A stretch of DNA of 64,000 nt. Origin: Candidatus Hydrogenedentota bacterium (GTDB taxonomy: Bacteria > Hydrogenedentota > Hydrogenedentia > Hydrogenedentales > SLHB01). How positions within the stretch are numbered: position 1 is the stretch's first letter; each line of letters opens with the position of its first letter. A program made the position numbers and the translations under genes. The DNA lies in NCBI GenBank assembly GCA_020848835.1, contig JADLHJ010000061.1, positions 29,456-93,455 of the forward strand, given 5' to 3'. This document shows, one piece after another, positions 50,328-58,652 of this stretch. A model generated the notes under the pieces. The model made no database searches. It was not told the origin of the DNA and worked only from the letters and a program-made list of their open reading frames with translations.

Positions 50328-51172
50328 TGACTACGGTCCAGGACCGTATTGAAGAAGCGGCTCAGGTCCTCGCCGAAGTGAGCGACACCCCCCGCGCCGA
50401 TGCTGAATTCTTAATGGCGCATTTGCTGAACGTGCCGCGCGCGAAACTTCCGTTATGCTTCAACGACGCGTTCGATACTCCCGAATTTCAGATTTTTGTG
50501 GAACGCCGCCTCGCCTGCGAGCCCGTTCCGTATATCCTCGGCGAATGGGAATTCTTCTCGCTGCCGCTCAAAACGCGCGCACCGGTGTTGGTCCCCAGAC
50601 CGGAGACAGAGCACCTCGTCGAAGTAGTCCTGCACTGGGCACAAAACAATACGGCGCCGAATATTCTCGATCTGTGCACCGGCAGCGGCTGTGTCGCGCT
50701 CGCGCTCGCGATGAACCTGCGCCACGCGTGCGTCACCGCTACAGACATATCAGACGACGCGCTCGCCTTGGCCAACGAAAACATCAACCTTCATAATCTG
50801 GATCAACGCGTCACAATCCGTAAAGGCGATTTGTTCGATGCCATCGGTCCTGCGCAGCAGAGATTTGATGTCATATGCGCGAACCCGCCCTATGTTGAAG
50901 ACGGCGAGTTTCCGGGCTTATCGCCCACCATTCGCCTCTATGAAGACCCGCGCGCGCTGGTCGCTGGGGGAGACGGCCTCGACATCGTCCGGCGTATCGT
51001 CGAAGTAGCTCCGCAATACCTCGCCGAGGACGGCCTGCTTGCGCTTGAGATGGGAGAGCGGCAGTATGATGCAGTCGCAGCATTGATGCAGGCGGCGGGT
51101 TTTCGCGATGTGTCCGCGCAAGACGATCTCGCGGGCATCAGGCGAATCGCCTACACAACAAAGGGAAAGTAG
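50327..51172 (+). CDS. prmC: Release factor glutamine methyltransferase (HemK/PrmC).
   Basis: NPPY motif ICANPPYV. SAM-binding LDLCTGSGCVALA. Start overlaps the prfA stop (TAATG). Confidence 0.85.
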   Translation: MTTVQDRIEEAAQVLAEVSDTPRADAEFLMAHLLNVPRAKLPLCFNDAFDTPEFQIFVERRLACEPVPYILGEWEFFSLPLKTRAPVLVPRPETEHLVEVVLHWAQNNTAPNILDLCTGSGCVALALAMNLRHACVTATDISDDALALANENINLHNLDQRVTIRKGDLFDAIGPAQQRFDVICANPPYVEDGEFPGLSPTIRLYEDPRALVAGGDGLDIVRRIVEVAPQYLAEDGLLALEMGERQYDAVAALMQAAGFRDVSAQDDLAGIRRIAYTTKGK

Positions 51173-51185
51173 CAATCCTGGTTAG

Positions 51186-51400
51186 CCCCAACGGATTGCA
51201 GTCTCCAGCCCATGTTTTTGGGGTAGGTAGTACTTAACATCTGGATCTTATCCCGAAGGGATTACGGCGTGCAGCCCAGGGTTGGACCGCCGGAGTCGCT
51301 TCGACGAAGGCGGACCTACCCTGGGTAAACTGCCAGCAACGGGGAATGAACCCCGATGGGGTTCCGGCAGTCTTGTGAGTTACTAAAACGGCAAGTAGGC
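51186..51400 (+). other. Highly structured ~215-nt intergenic region upstream of radC: candidate cis-regulatory leader or small ncRNA of unknown class.
   Basis: Long imperfect hairpin 51269..51335 (GTGCAG-CCCAGGG-TTGGACC-GCC...GGC-GGACCTA-CCCTGGG-TAAA-CTGCCA). Additional stem-loops GGGGaatgaaCCCC (51341..51354), ATCCCgaaGGGAT (~51249..51261) and ACTGCC/GGCAGT (51329..51334 / 51367..51372). No match recognised to tmRNA, RNase P, SRP or 6S cores. Confidence 0.25.
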
Positions 51401-51414
51401 GGAAGGAGGTTGCA

Positions 51415-52113
51415 ATGGATTACCCCCAATACTCGACCGCGGTACGCGAACTCCCGCCCGAAGAGCGTCCGCGCGAACGCCTCGCCAAGCTTGGCCCTGA
51501 AGCGTTGAAAGATGCCGAACTCATCGCGGTAATCATCCGCTCCGGCACGCGTGATTTAGGCGCGGTCGCATTGGCCGAGAGCATTATCCGCAAGTTTGGC
51601 GATCTCCGCGGTGTCGCGCGAGCGTCTATCGACGAATTGAAAGCCGGTGTGAAAGGCCTCGGTGAAGTAAAGGCAATCGAGATCAAGGCCGCGTTGGAAC
51701 TCGGAAAGCGGCTCGCTGCCCACACCGCGGATCTGCGCCCGAAGATTAATTCCGCGGAAGACGTATCGCGGTTGTTGATGATCCCTTTCAAAGATTGCGA
51801 AATCGAAGTGTTCAAGGCATTGCTGATGAATCCCAAGAACGAAGTCATCAAAATCGCGGACGTGTCGCGCGGCAGTCTCGACGCGTCGGTCGCGCTGCCC
51901 CGCGAAGTGTTCCGGCAAGCGGTACGCGACGGCGCGGTATCTGTGATCGTCTGTCACAATCACCCCAGCGGCGATCCCGAACCCAGCCGCGCAGACATCG
52001 CGCTCACGCGCCGCCTCCAGGAATCCGGTGAACTAATCGGAATAACCTTACTTGATCACATCGTGTTCGGTGACGGACGCTATGTGAGTCTGAAGGAAAG
52101 GAATATGATGTGA
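51415..52113 (+). CDS. radC: RadC-family (UPF0758) JAMM/MPN-domain protein.
   Basis: HNHPSGDPEPS JAMM motif. N-terminal HhH ...ELLAIIL-like AELIAVIIRSGT. GGAAGGAGG RBS. Confidence 0.85.
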   Translation: MDYPQYSTAVRELPPEERPRERLAKLGPEALKDAELIAVIIRSGTRDLGAVALAESIIRKFGDLRGVARASIDELKAGVKGLGEVKAIEIKAALELGKRLAAHTADLRPKINSAEDVSRLLMIPFKDCEIEVFKALLMNPKNEVIKIADVSRGSLDASVALPREVFRQAVRDGAVSVIVCHNHPSGDPEPSRADIALTRRLQESGELIGITLLDHIVFGDGRYVSLKERNMM

Positions 52114-52766
52114 AGGCTAAGTTCAGCGCATTCAACGAGGCATTTCCGTACTACGGCGGTCTAATGGTGATGACCATCGTGTTCTTAATCGTAGCGCAGT
52201 TTTATCCACTCGCTTATACCATTGCGGTCGTATTCATTATTTTTAAATTATATACGCTGTATTTCTTTCGTGATCCTAAAAGGACAATTACTACTGATGC
52301 TTCAGCGATTGTTTCCCCTGCAGATGGCACCATCGTGGCCATCGAGGATTTCACCGATTCGCCGCACTACGAAGGCCCATGCAAACGTGTTTCGATATTC
52401 CTATCAATATTCAACGTGCACATTAATCGTTCGCCATTCGAAGGCACGGTCGAATCCATTACCTACAAGCCCGGGCAATTTCTAGATGCGCGAAAGTCCG
52501 ACACTTCTGAATTAAACGAAGCCAACACTATCCGTATGACCACACCAAAAGGCCCAATGACCGTCCGCCAGATCTCCGGCCTGATTGCCCGCCGCATCAT
52601 CTGCAAGGTCGAAGTGGGGGAGACCCTCGCCAAAGGCGAGAAGTTCGGTATGATTAAGTTTGGGTCCCGCACGGAGTTATACCTGCCCGTGGACGCCCAG
52701 ATATGTGTTACACTTAAAGATAAGGTCCAAGGCGGGGCGACTATCGTCGCACGCTTCCCGGATTAA
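52110..52766 (+). CDS. psd: Phosphatidylserine decarboxylase proenzyme (short type).
   Basis: ~218 aa. ...FGSRTELY autocleavage-type G-S-(T/R) region. ...GEKFGMIKFGS. GTG start overlapping the radC stop (GTGA). Followed by pssA. Confidence 0.7.
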   Translation: MKAKFSAFNEAFPYYGGLMVMTIVFLIVAQFYPLAYTIAVVFIIFKLYTLYFFRDPKRTITTDASAIVSPADGTIVAIEDFTDSPHYEGPCKRVSIFLSIFNVHINRSPFEGTVESITYKPGQFLDARKSDTSELNEANTIRMTTPKGPMTVRQISGLIARRIICKVEVGETLAKGEKFGMIKFGSRTELYLPVDAQICVTLKDKVQGGATIVARFPD

Positions 52767-52784
52767 GGCCCCGGTACCAACAAA

Positions 52785-53702
52785 ATGCTGAACCAGAAGA
52801 AATCGAAGAAACGGCCAAACATCGCGCGCGGATTCCGTCTTGCCACCGCGCAGCGTCGACGCAAACTGGTCAATCGCCGTCGTCCTATCAACGTCCTCGC
52901 CAGTTTCATCACTACGCTCAATCTCTATTGCGGTATTGCTTCGATATTCGCGGCAATTGAAGGCATGGGGCTTGAGGACGCCGCAGCACAGGGGCTTCAA
53001 TTTCAGAAAGCGGCGTACTTCATTCTCGCGGCAATGGTCGTCGACACGCTCGACGGCGCGGTAGCGCGCATGACGCGCAGCGCCTCCGAATTCGGCAAGC
53101 AGCTCGACAGCTTGTGCGACGTTGTGTCCTTCGGCGTCGCGCCTGCCGTGCTGATCTACACCATGTTCCTGCCGGGCGAACAAGAGTACTTCGTGCGCAC
53201 GGGAGCCTTCATCGCAATCATCTACGCGATATGCACCGCGCTGCGTCTCGCGCGCTTCAACGTCTTCCAGTCGGACATACGCGAATACTTCATCGGTCTG
53301 CCGAGTCCCGCGGCAGCAGCGACTGTGGCGACCTTCGCCCTTTTCACTATCGCAACGAAATTCACGCCAAGCTTCTGGGTGTTCGGCCCGCCGATGCTTG
53401 GGCTTGCAATCCTGATGGTAAGCACGGTGCAATTCCCAAAGAACAAAATGAAAAGCCTGTTGCTTTCACCGCGCCTGGGTTTCCGCCTTTTGGTGGTGTG
53501 CGCCGTCGCCATTGCGGTATTCGACCTCGCGCGCCGTCAAGATCCCGCCCTGGTGCTATTTCCCGTGACCGCCGCCTACGCGGTCTACGGCATGTGCGAT
53601 ACGGCCTACCGGCGTTTCTTCCGGCGCACGCTCGTCTCGTCGTCGGGCGCTTCGGATTCGACAACACCTGCACCGCCCGCGAAGACTGGCGACGCTCTGT
53701 AA
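52785..53702 (+). CDS. pssA: CDP-diacylglycerol--serine O-phosphatidyltransferase (CDP-alcohol phosphatidyltransferase family).
   Basis: DTLDGAVARMTRSASEFGKQLDSLCDVVSFGVAP = D-x2-DG-x2-AR...G-x3-D-x3-D signature. Confidence 0.8.
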   Translation: MLNQKKSKKRPNIARGFRLATAQRRRKLVNRRRPINVLASFITTLNLYCGIASIFAAIEGMGLEDAAAQGLQFQKAAYFILAAMVVDTLDGAVARMTRSASEFGKQLDSLCDVVSFGVAPAVLIYTMFLPGEQEYFVRTGAFIAIIYAICTALRLARFNVFQSDIREYFIGLPSPAAAATVATFALFTIATKFTPSFWVFGPPMLGLAILMVSTVQFPKNKMKSLLLSPRLGFRLLVVCAVAIAVFDLARRQDPALVLFPVTAAYAVYGMCDTAYRRFFRRTLVSSSGASDSTTPAPPAKTGDAL

Positions 53703-55324
53703 TACGCGACGCCTTCCACAACGAGTACTTTCAAAGCCGCCGCGATTGGCACGGCCAACAGCAGGCCGAGGAACCCGAGAAAGTTTCCAAACACCATAAT
53801 CGCGAGAATCACCCACACCGGGTTGAGGCCCACCTGCTCGCCGACGATACGCGGCGTAAGTATGTTGCCTTCCAGAAATTGCACAAGCCCCACAACGACA
53901 AGAACGCCGACGATGTGCCAGTCGGTGCCGTGTTGTAATAGCGTGAGCAGAATTCCGAGCACCGCCGTCGTTGCCACGCCAACGAACGGAATGAAACTCG
54001 CGATAATTGAAAACATCCCAATAATGATCGCAAACGGAACGCCGCAGATGAGAAACCCGATGGTGTACATGATGCCAAGCAGAAAGCAGACCGTCATCTG
54101 CCCGCGCAAGAAACTGCGCAATTGTACATCGATTTTTCCGAGTATCGACAACGTCTTCGGCGCGTAGCGCGGCGGTATCAGTGTGCGCGCGGTTGCCTTC
54201 AGCGGATCGAAGTCCTTCAACAGATATCCTGCGACGATTGCGAACAGTGCGAAGTTCGCCAAGAACAACAGAAAATCGACCAGGCCCTGGCCGACCGATG
54301 TTGCAAAGCCGAAGATATTCACCCCTGCGCGCTGGCCGAATGATGCGAGGCTACTCGCGTGGGTTTTCATAAATTCGATCGCGAAATCGCGCACGTTCTT
54401 TCCGATATATTCCGCGAGCAATGCGCGCGCATCGACTTTGTCGATCGGTTCCGCGGGTAAGGATTCGGTTACTGCCGGTTCTTCAGCTGGCGCTTCATCG
54501 GTCGATACGGCCGCGGATTCGTCAGGCGTCGTAACCGGCGCCGCAGGAGCAGCGCTTACGACTGGCGCTGGTGGGGCTTCCGTGGTTTGAAGCGAACCTT
54601 CCGTTGGCGTTGAATCGATTGCACCATCGGGTTTGGTCGCATGGATTGGCGTGGCATCAGCGGCAGGTGTGTCAACGTCAGCTGGAGCCAATTCGAGCGC
54701 TACGGGCGCGGGTTTGTCCAGATCGAGAATCTTCACCAGCCGGTTAACGGGCAGGTAATCGAGAAGTGTGTCGAGCATTGAGCTGCGCCGTACACTGCCC
54801 CCGCTCGATCGCATGTACGCGTCCCACTCAACTTTAAGTATTACGTTGTCATGATCGAAATCGGCGATGATGAAATCGTTGCGATCAAAGCCGCGCGCCT
54901 TGGTAATCAGTTCGTCCTCGGAGATTTTTCCGTTGTTGTTTGCGTCAATCTGCTCGAAACTGTAGACCCCGCGCGCGGACGCGATCAGTGTTCCTGCTTG
55001 ATGAAAAATCGAAGGCACGATGATGATCGGTATGCTAAGGGCAAGCACAACCGCCACGGCCGCGAGACCAATAATCGTCGCCATGCGCGGAATGCGCCGC
55101 GCTTCGAAGAAATCGACGACGGGGTCCAGCACGTAGGCAACGATGAGCGCAAGGAACAGTGGTATTAACACCGGCTTGAGCGCGTAAGCCAGCAAACACA
55201 ACAGCACCAGCGCGAGTACAACGCCCAAGGCGCGTACCCATGGATTTTCCAGAACCGTCTTCACCGCGATACTTCCCCTTGCCGCGCTACTATTTGTCCG
55301 ATCCGCAACGCGGCATTCTAGCAT
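53606..55324 (-). CDS. AI-2E family (PerM/UPF0118) transporter with a large inserted loop carrying an EF-hand pair and a Pro/Ala/Thr-rich linker.
   Basis: C-terminal AI-2E core (...FIPFVGVATTAVLGILL...GNILTPRIVGEQVGLNPVWVILAIMVFG...). Inserted DANNNGKISEDE and DFDHDNVILKVE EF-hand loops. APADVDTPAADATP... low-complexity linker. Confidence 0.75.
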   Translation of the reverse strand: MLECRVADRTNSSAARGSIAVKTVLENPWVRALGVVLALVLLCLLAYALKPVLIPLFLALIVAYVLDPVVDFFEARRIPRMATIIGLAAVAVVLALSIPIIIVPSIFHQAGTLIASARGVYSFEQIDANNNGKISEDELITKARGFDRNDFIIADFDHDNVILKVEWDAYMRSSGGSVRRSSMLDTLLDYLPVNRLVKILDLDKPAPVALELAPADVDTPAADATPIHATKPDGAIDSTPTEGSLQTTEAPPAPVVSAAPAAPVTTPDESAAVSTDEAPAEEPAVTESLPAEPIDKVDARALLAEYIGKNVRDFAIEFMKTHASSLASFGQRAGVNIFGFATSVGQGLVDFLLFLANFALFAIVAGYLLKDFDPLKATARTLIPPRYAPKTLSILGKIDVQLRSFLRGQMTVCFLLGIMYTIGFLICGVPFAIIIGMFSIIASFIPFVGVATTAVLGILLTLLQHGTDWHIVGVLVVVGLVQFLEGNILTPRIVGEQVGLNPVWVILAIMVFGNFLGFLGLLLAVPIAAALKVLVVEGVAYYRASPVFAGGAGVVESEAPDDETSVRRKKRR

Positions 55325-55465
55325 TCACGACGCGGAATTCCGATTTGTGATAGGGGCACGGGCATCCTGCCCGTGGGCATTGGAGAGAAGGGCGGTTTTA
55401 CTTGAGCCTGCGACTTCGATTTAATCACGGGCAGGATGCCCGTGCTCCATTGGCGCTCAGCCAAG

Positions 55466-56875
55466 TTATTTCTGCGCCGGCTGGGTCGCCAAGCTGCCGC
55501 CATCCACGAGCGGATAATCGGGCATACGTTCGTCTTCGATGGGCGTGACGGTATCGGGCGAGTAATCGACGGGGCCGAAGTTTCGGGTAAAGACCTGGCG
55601 GTGTTGCAGGACCCAGACCAGCATCACCATGGAATAGGTGGTTCCGAAGGCAGCAACAATGACGCCAACCGGAGTGTCCAGCCCGAACCAGATGCTGGCG
55701 AACATGAATCCGGCGACGGACATCGCCGGTTGTCGCAAAAGTTCCAGAAGGAAGGCCCAGCGCTTGGCCTCGAAGATTCCACCCACGCAAACGAGCGTGA
55801 TAATCACGAGCCCCGCGACGCCTACCCGCGTCTGCCAAGTCATGGTGCGCTCGTAATTCAGAAATGCCGTCGCGATGATCAAGGCCGGCACAATCTGAAA
55901 CAAGGTATACAGGCTCAGTGCGACAGGAATGCGTGGGTGATATTTTTCGTAAAACTGCCGCGTCTGGTACGCGGGTGGCCCCTGCTTCTCAAGTCCCTGC
56001 GGACGCCACGCAGGTTTCTTAAACCAGATCAGGAAACGGTCTTGCCAGCGTGGCGCTTTCCAAGCCAGCTTAGCGAGGTCTACCCAATAGTGCAGGTCTG
56101 CCCACACCGGGTTCCAGCTCCGCAACGGAGTGGCCGTACCGTAGATCGGCTCCTCTTCTTCCTTGGCAAAAGTGCCGAAAAGTCGGTCCCAAATGATGAG
56201 TATTCCGCCGTGGTTCTTGTCAATATATTTCGGGTTCTTGGCGTGGTGGACGCGGTGGTGCGAGGGGGTATTGAGCACCCATTCCAATGGACCAAGCTTA
56301 CCTATCGTGCGCGTGTGAATCCAGAATTGATACAGCGTGTCAATCGAAGCCATCAGAATAAAGAGCGCCGGAGGAAATCCAATGAACGCGAGTGGTAAAT
56401 AAAATATCCAGAAAAAACACCCCTGAAACACGCCCTGCCGCAGTGCAACGGACAGGTTGTACTCCTCACTCTGGTGATGGGGGATATGCGAAGCCCACAT
56501 GATGTTCACGTCGTGGCTCGCGCGGTGCGCCCAGTAGTACATCAGATCGTAGGCAAGCAGACACGCGATCGCTGCGGCGATCGAAGTTGCGGAAATATCG
56601 AAAAGCCGGTGGTTATGGTAGAGGTATACATAACCCGCTCCAACGATGGAACGAAGGAACACGCCGCCGACCGTATCGATGATGCCCATGCTCAAATCGT
56701 TGATGCTGTCCGCGTAGTGGTATACGCGCCGTTTAATGAGATGGCTGACGAACAGCTCAAGAAAGATGAGAACGAAAAAGAACGGAATGGCGGATCGAAT
56801 GAGGTTTACCATGTGCCCGGACCTCGCAGTGCTCCCGATGCGCGCCATGATACGCCGCGCCGACCTACCGGTCAA
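55466..56875 (-). CDS. Fatty acid hydroxylase/sterol desaturase family membrane protein with C-terminal membrane extension.
   Basis: His boxes HRASHD, HIPHHQ and HHRVHH. The plus-strand ORF 55436..56398 is antisense noise. Confidence 0.7.
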   Translation of the reverse strand: MTGRSARRIMARIGSTARSGHMVNLIRSAIPFFFVLIFLELFVSHLIKRRVYHYADSINDLSMGIIDTVGGVFLRSIVGAGYVYLYHNHRLFDISATSIAAAIACLLAYDLMYYWAHRASHDVNIMWASHIPHHQSEEYNLSVALRQGVFQGCFFWIFYLPLAFIGFPPALFILMASIDTLYQFWIHTRTIGKLGPLEWVLNTPSHHRVHHAKNPKYIDKNHGGILIIWDRLFGTFAKEEEEPIYGTATPLRSWNPVWADLHYWVDLAKLAWKAPRWQDRFLIWFKKPAWRPQGLEKQGPPAYQTRQFYEKYHPRIPVALSLYTLFQIVPALIIATAFLNYERTMTWQTRVGVAGLVIITLVCVGGIFEAKRWAFLLELLRQPAMSVAGFMFASIWFGLDTPVGVIVAAFGTTYSMVMLVWVLQHRQVFTRNFGPVDYSPDTVTPIEDERMPDYPLVDGGSLATQPAQK

Positions 56876-57022
56876 TAGGTTTCTGCGCAGGTAAGCATAT
56901 TTGATGATAAGGCAAAGTCTGCGTTACGCTATTCGGTTTAACGGGATCATCTCCAGCCGCGCGAAATGGGGGAATAACGGCCAGCTACCGCGCGGCGCGG
57001 AATAAGCGAAGGAGTCACATCA

Positions 57023-58117
57023 ATGGAACAGCGCGTTTTTAACTTTTCTGCGGGTCCGGCGGGCCTGCCCTTGGCGGCGCTTCAAGAGGCCCAGCGCGAT
57101 CTCCTCGTCTACCCAGGCGCTGGCGCATCGATTATGGAGATCAGTCATCGCTCAAAGGCCTTTGAGCCAGTGTTGCAGTCCGCTCGGGACAATATAACCC
57201 AACTACTCAATATCCCGTCGAACTACAAAGTACTGTTTTTGCAGGGCGGCGCTTCGATGCAGTTCTCGCAAATTCCGATGAACTTCCTGCGCGGCACGGG
57301 CAAGTCCGCCGACTATATCCTCACGGGTGCGTGGGGCGCGAAGGCGATCAAGGAAGCGAAGAAAGAAGGCGCGACGCGCACCGTGTGGTCCGGCAAGGAA
57401 GAAGGTTATAAGCGCGTTCCGGCGCAAAGCGAACTCGATCTCGATGCGAACGCGTCGTATTGCCATTTCACGACAAACGAAACGATCGAAGGCGTGCAAT
57501 TCCAGACCGAACCCGAGGTGGGCACAGTGCCGCTCGTGTGCGATATGTCCTCGGACTTTTTGTCACGCACTTTCGACGTCACAAAATACGCGCTCATCTA
57601 CGCGGGCGCGCAGAAGAACATCGGGCCCGCGGGCGTGGTCGCCGTAATCATCCGCGATGACATGCTCGCAAAGGTGCCGGACGGCCTGCCTTCCATGCTC
57701 GATTACAAGCTCGCCGCGGACAACGATTCGATGTACAACACGCCGCCGTGCTTTGCTATTTACATCGTTGCGCTCGTGACGAAGTGGCTCATCAACGACA
57801 TCGGTGGCCTCGACAAAGTGGATGCGCGTAATCGCGAAAAGGCCAAGTACATCTACGACGCGATCGACAACAGCGATGGCTACTACCGCGGCCACGCGCA
57901 AAAGGATTGCCGTTCGCTGATGAACCCGACGTGGCGTTTGCCGAATGAAGAGCTCGAAGCGAAATTCGTAAAGGAAGCCAAAGCCGCAAGCATGGACGGC
58001 CTCAAAGGACACCGCAGCGTCGGCGGCATCCGCGCATCGATTTACAATGCGATGCCCGTCGACGGCTGTAAGGCATTGGCGGAATTCATGGCGGAGTTCG
58101 CTAAGAAGAACGGATGA
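57023..58117 (+). CDS. serC: Phosphoserine aminotransferase.
   Basis: FNFSAGPAGLP...MEISHRSK...GGASMQF... canonical SerC N-terminus; 364 aa. Confidence 0.9.
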   Translation: MEQRVFNFSAGPAGLPLAALQEAQRDLLVYPGAGASIMEISHRSKAFEPVLQSARDNITQLLNIPSNYKVLFLQGGASMQFSQIPMNFLRGTGKSADYILTGAWGAKAIKEAKKEGATRTVWSGKEEGYKRVPAQSELDLDANASYCHFTTNETIEGVQFQTEPEVGTVPLVCDMSSDFLSRTFDVTKYALIYAGAQKNIGPAGVVAVIIRDDMLAKVPDGLPSMLDYKLAADNDSMYNTPPCFAIYIVALVTKWLINDIGGLDKVDARNREKAKYIYDAIDNSDGYYRGHAQKDCRSLMNPTWRLPNEELEAKFVKEAKAASMDGLKGHRSVGGIRASIYNAMPVDGCKALAEFMAEFAKKNG

Positions 58118-58160
58118 TTCGGCTTCTCCGCACAACGCCCTGCGCGGAGGAGATCGGGCA

Positions 58161-58358
58161 CTACGCTGTCACGGCGTAGTCTACGCCGCGTGGGTTTTCG
58201 ATGCGTTGGGAGGCGTTGAGGACTTCGAGACCAACGAGGTTGCCGTCTTTGTCGTAGTCGAGAATGACGCCGGGATTGTTTTCGTCACTTTCCTGGATGG
58301 GTGCATCACGAAACAAAATTCGTAGCACGTCTACCTGAGAATCGTAAGTCACTTTCAT
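58161..58358 (-). CDS. DUF2283 family protein (antitoxin-like).
   Basis: YDSQVDVLRILF...ILDYDKDGNLVGLEVLNAS matches DUF2283. Confidence 0.7.
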   Translation of the reverse strand: MKVTYDSQVDVLRILFRDAPIQESDENNPGVILDYDKDGNLVGLEVLNASQRIENPRGVDYAVTA

Positions 58359-58615
58359 GGCTGCGTATTCCAGTACTTGTCGATCTTGCTTGTGCGATAT
58401 ACCGTCACAACAATCGGCGGATCCACCGTTTCATTCACCATCACGCGCAAAAGATATCGCTTTGTATCTATCGTCACTGCCGATTGGTAGCATATCACAT
58501 TGCCGTGTTCGGGTACCTTTTGATCCGGGGCAGTCAACACAGATTCGACAAGGGCGGGGGAAATGGCGCGTCGCGCCATTTCCGTGCTGGCGTGGCTGGA
58601 TAGTACGTAGTTCAT
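58355..58615 (-). CDS. DUF4258 family protein (toxin-like), overlapping the DUF2283 gene by 4 nt.
   Basis: SSHASTEMARRAISPALVESVL matches the DUF4258 N-terminal pattern. Confidence 0.65.
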   Translation of the reverse strand: MNYVLSSHASTEMARRAISPALVESVLTAPDQKVPEHGNVICYQSAVTIDTKRYLLRVMVNETVDPPIVVTVYRTSKIDKYWNTQP

Positions 58616-58652
58616 CCGCGCTGGCCGTGATCGCGGTCAGCGCGGTTTTTTA

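Noticed and set aside
51181-51414. Possibility that the structured region is tmRNA, RNase P RNA, SRP RNA or 6S RNA
   Set aside because: None of the conserved cores I can recall (tmRNA tag/3' tRNA-like end, RNase P P4 GGAAAGUCCGG, SRP domain IV, 6S central bubble) are present. Kept only as an unclassified structured element.
52677-53432. 251-aa minus-strand ORF
   Set aside because: Antisense to pssA (CDP-alcohol phosphatidyltransferase signature present on plus strand).
55436-56398. 320-aa plus-strand ORF
   Set aside because: The opposite-strand frame carries three His boxes of a fatty-acid hydroxylase. The plus frame is Arg/Gly/His-rich noise.
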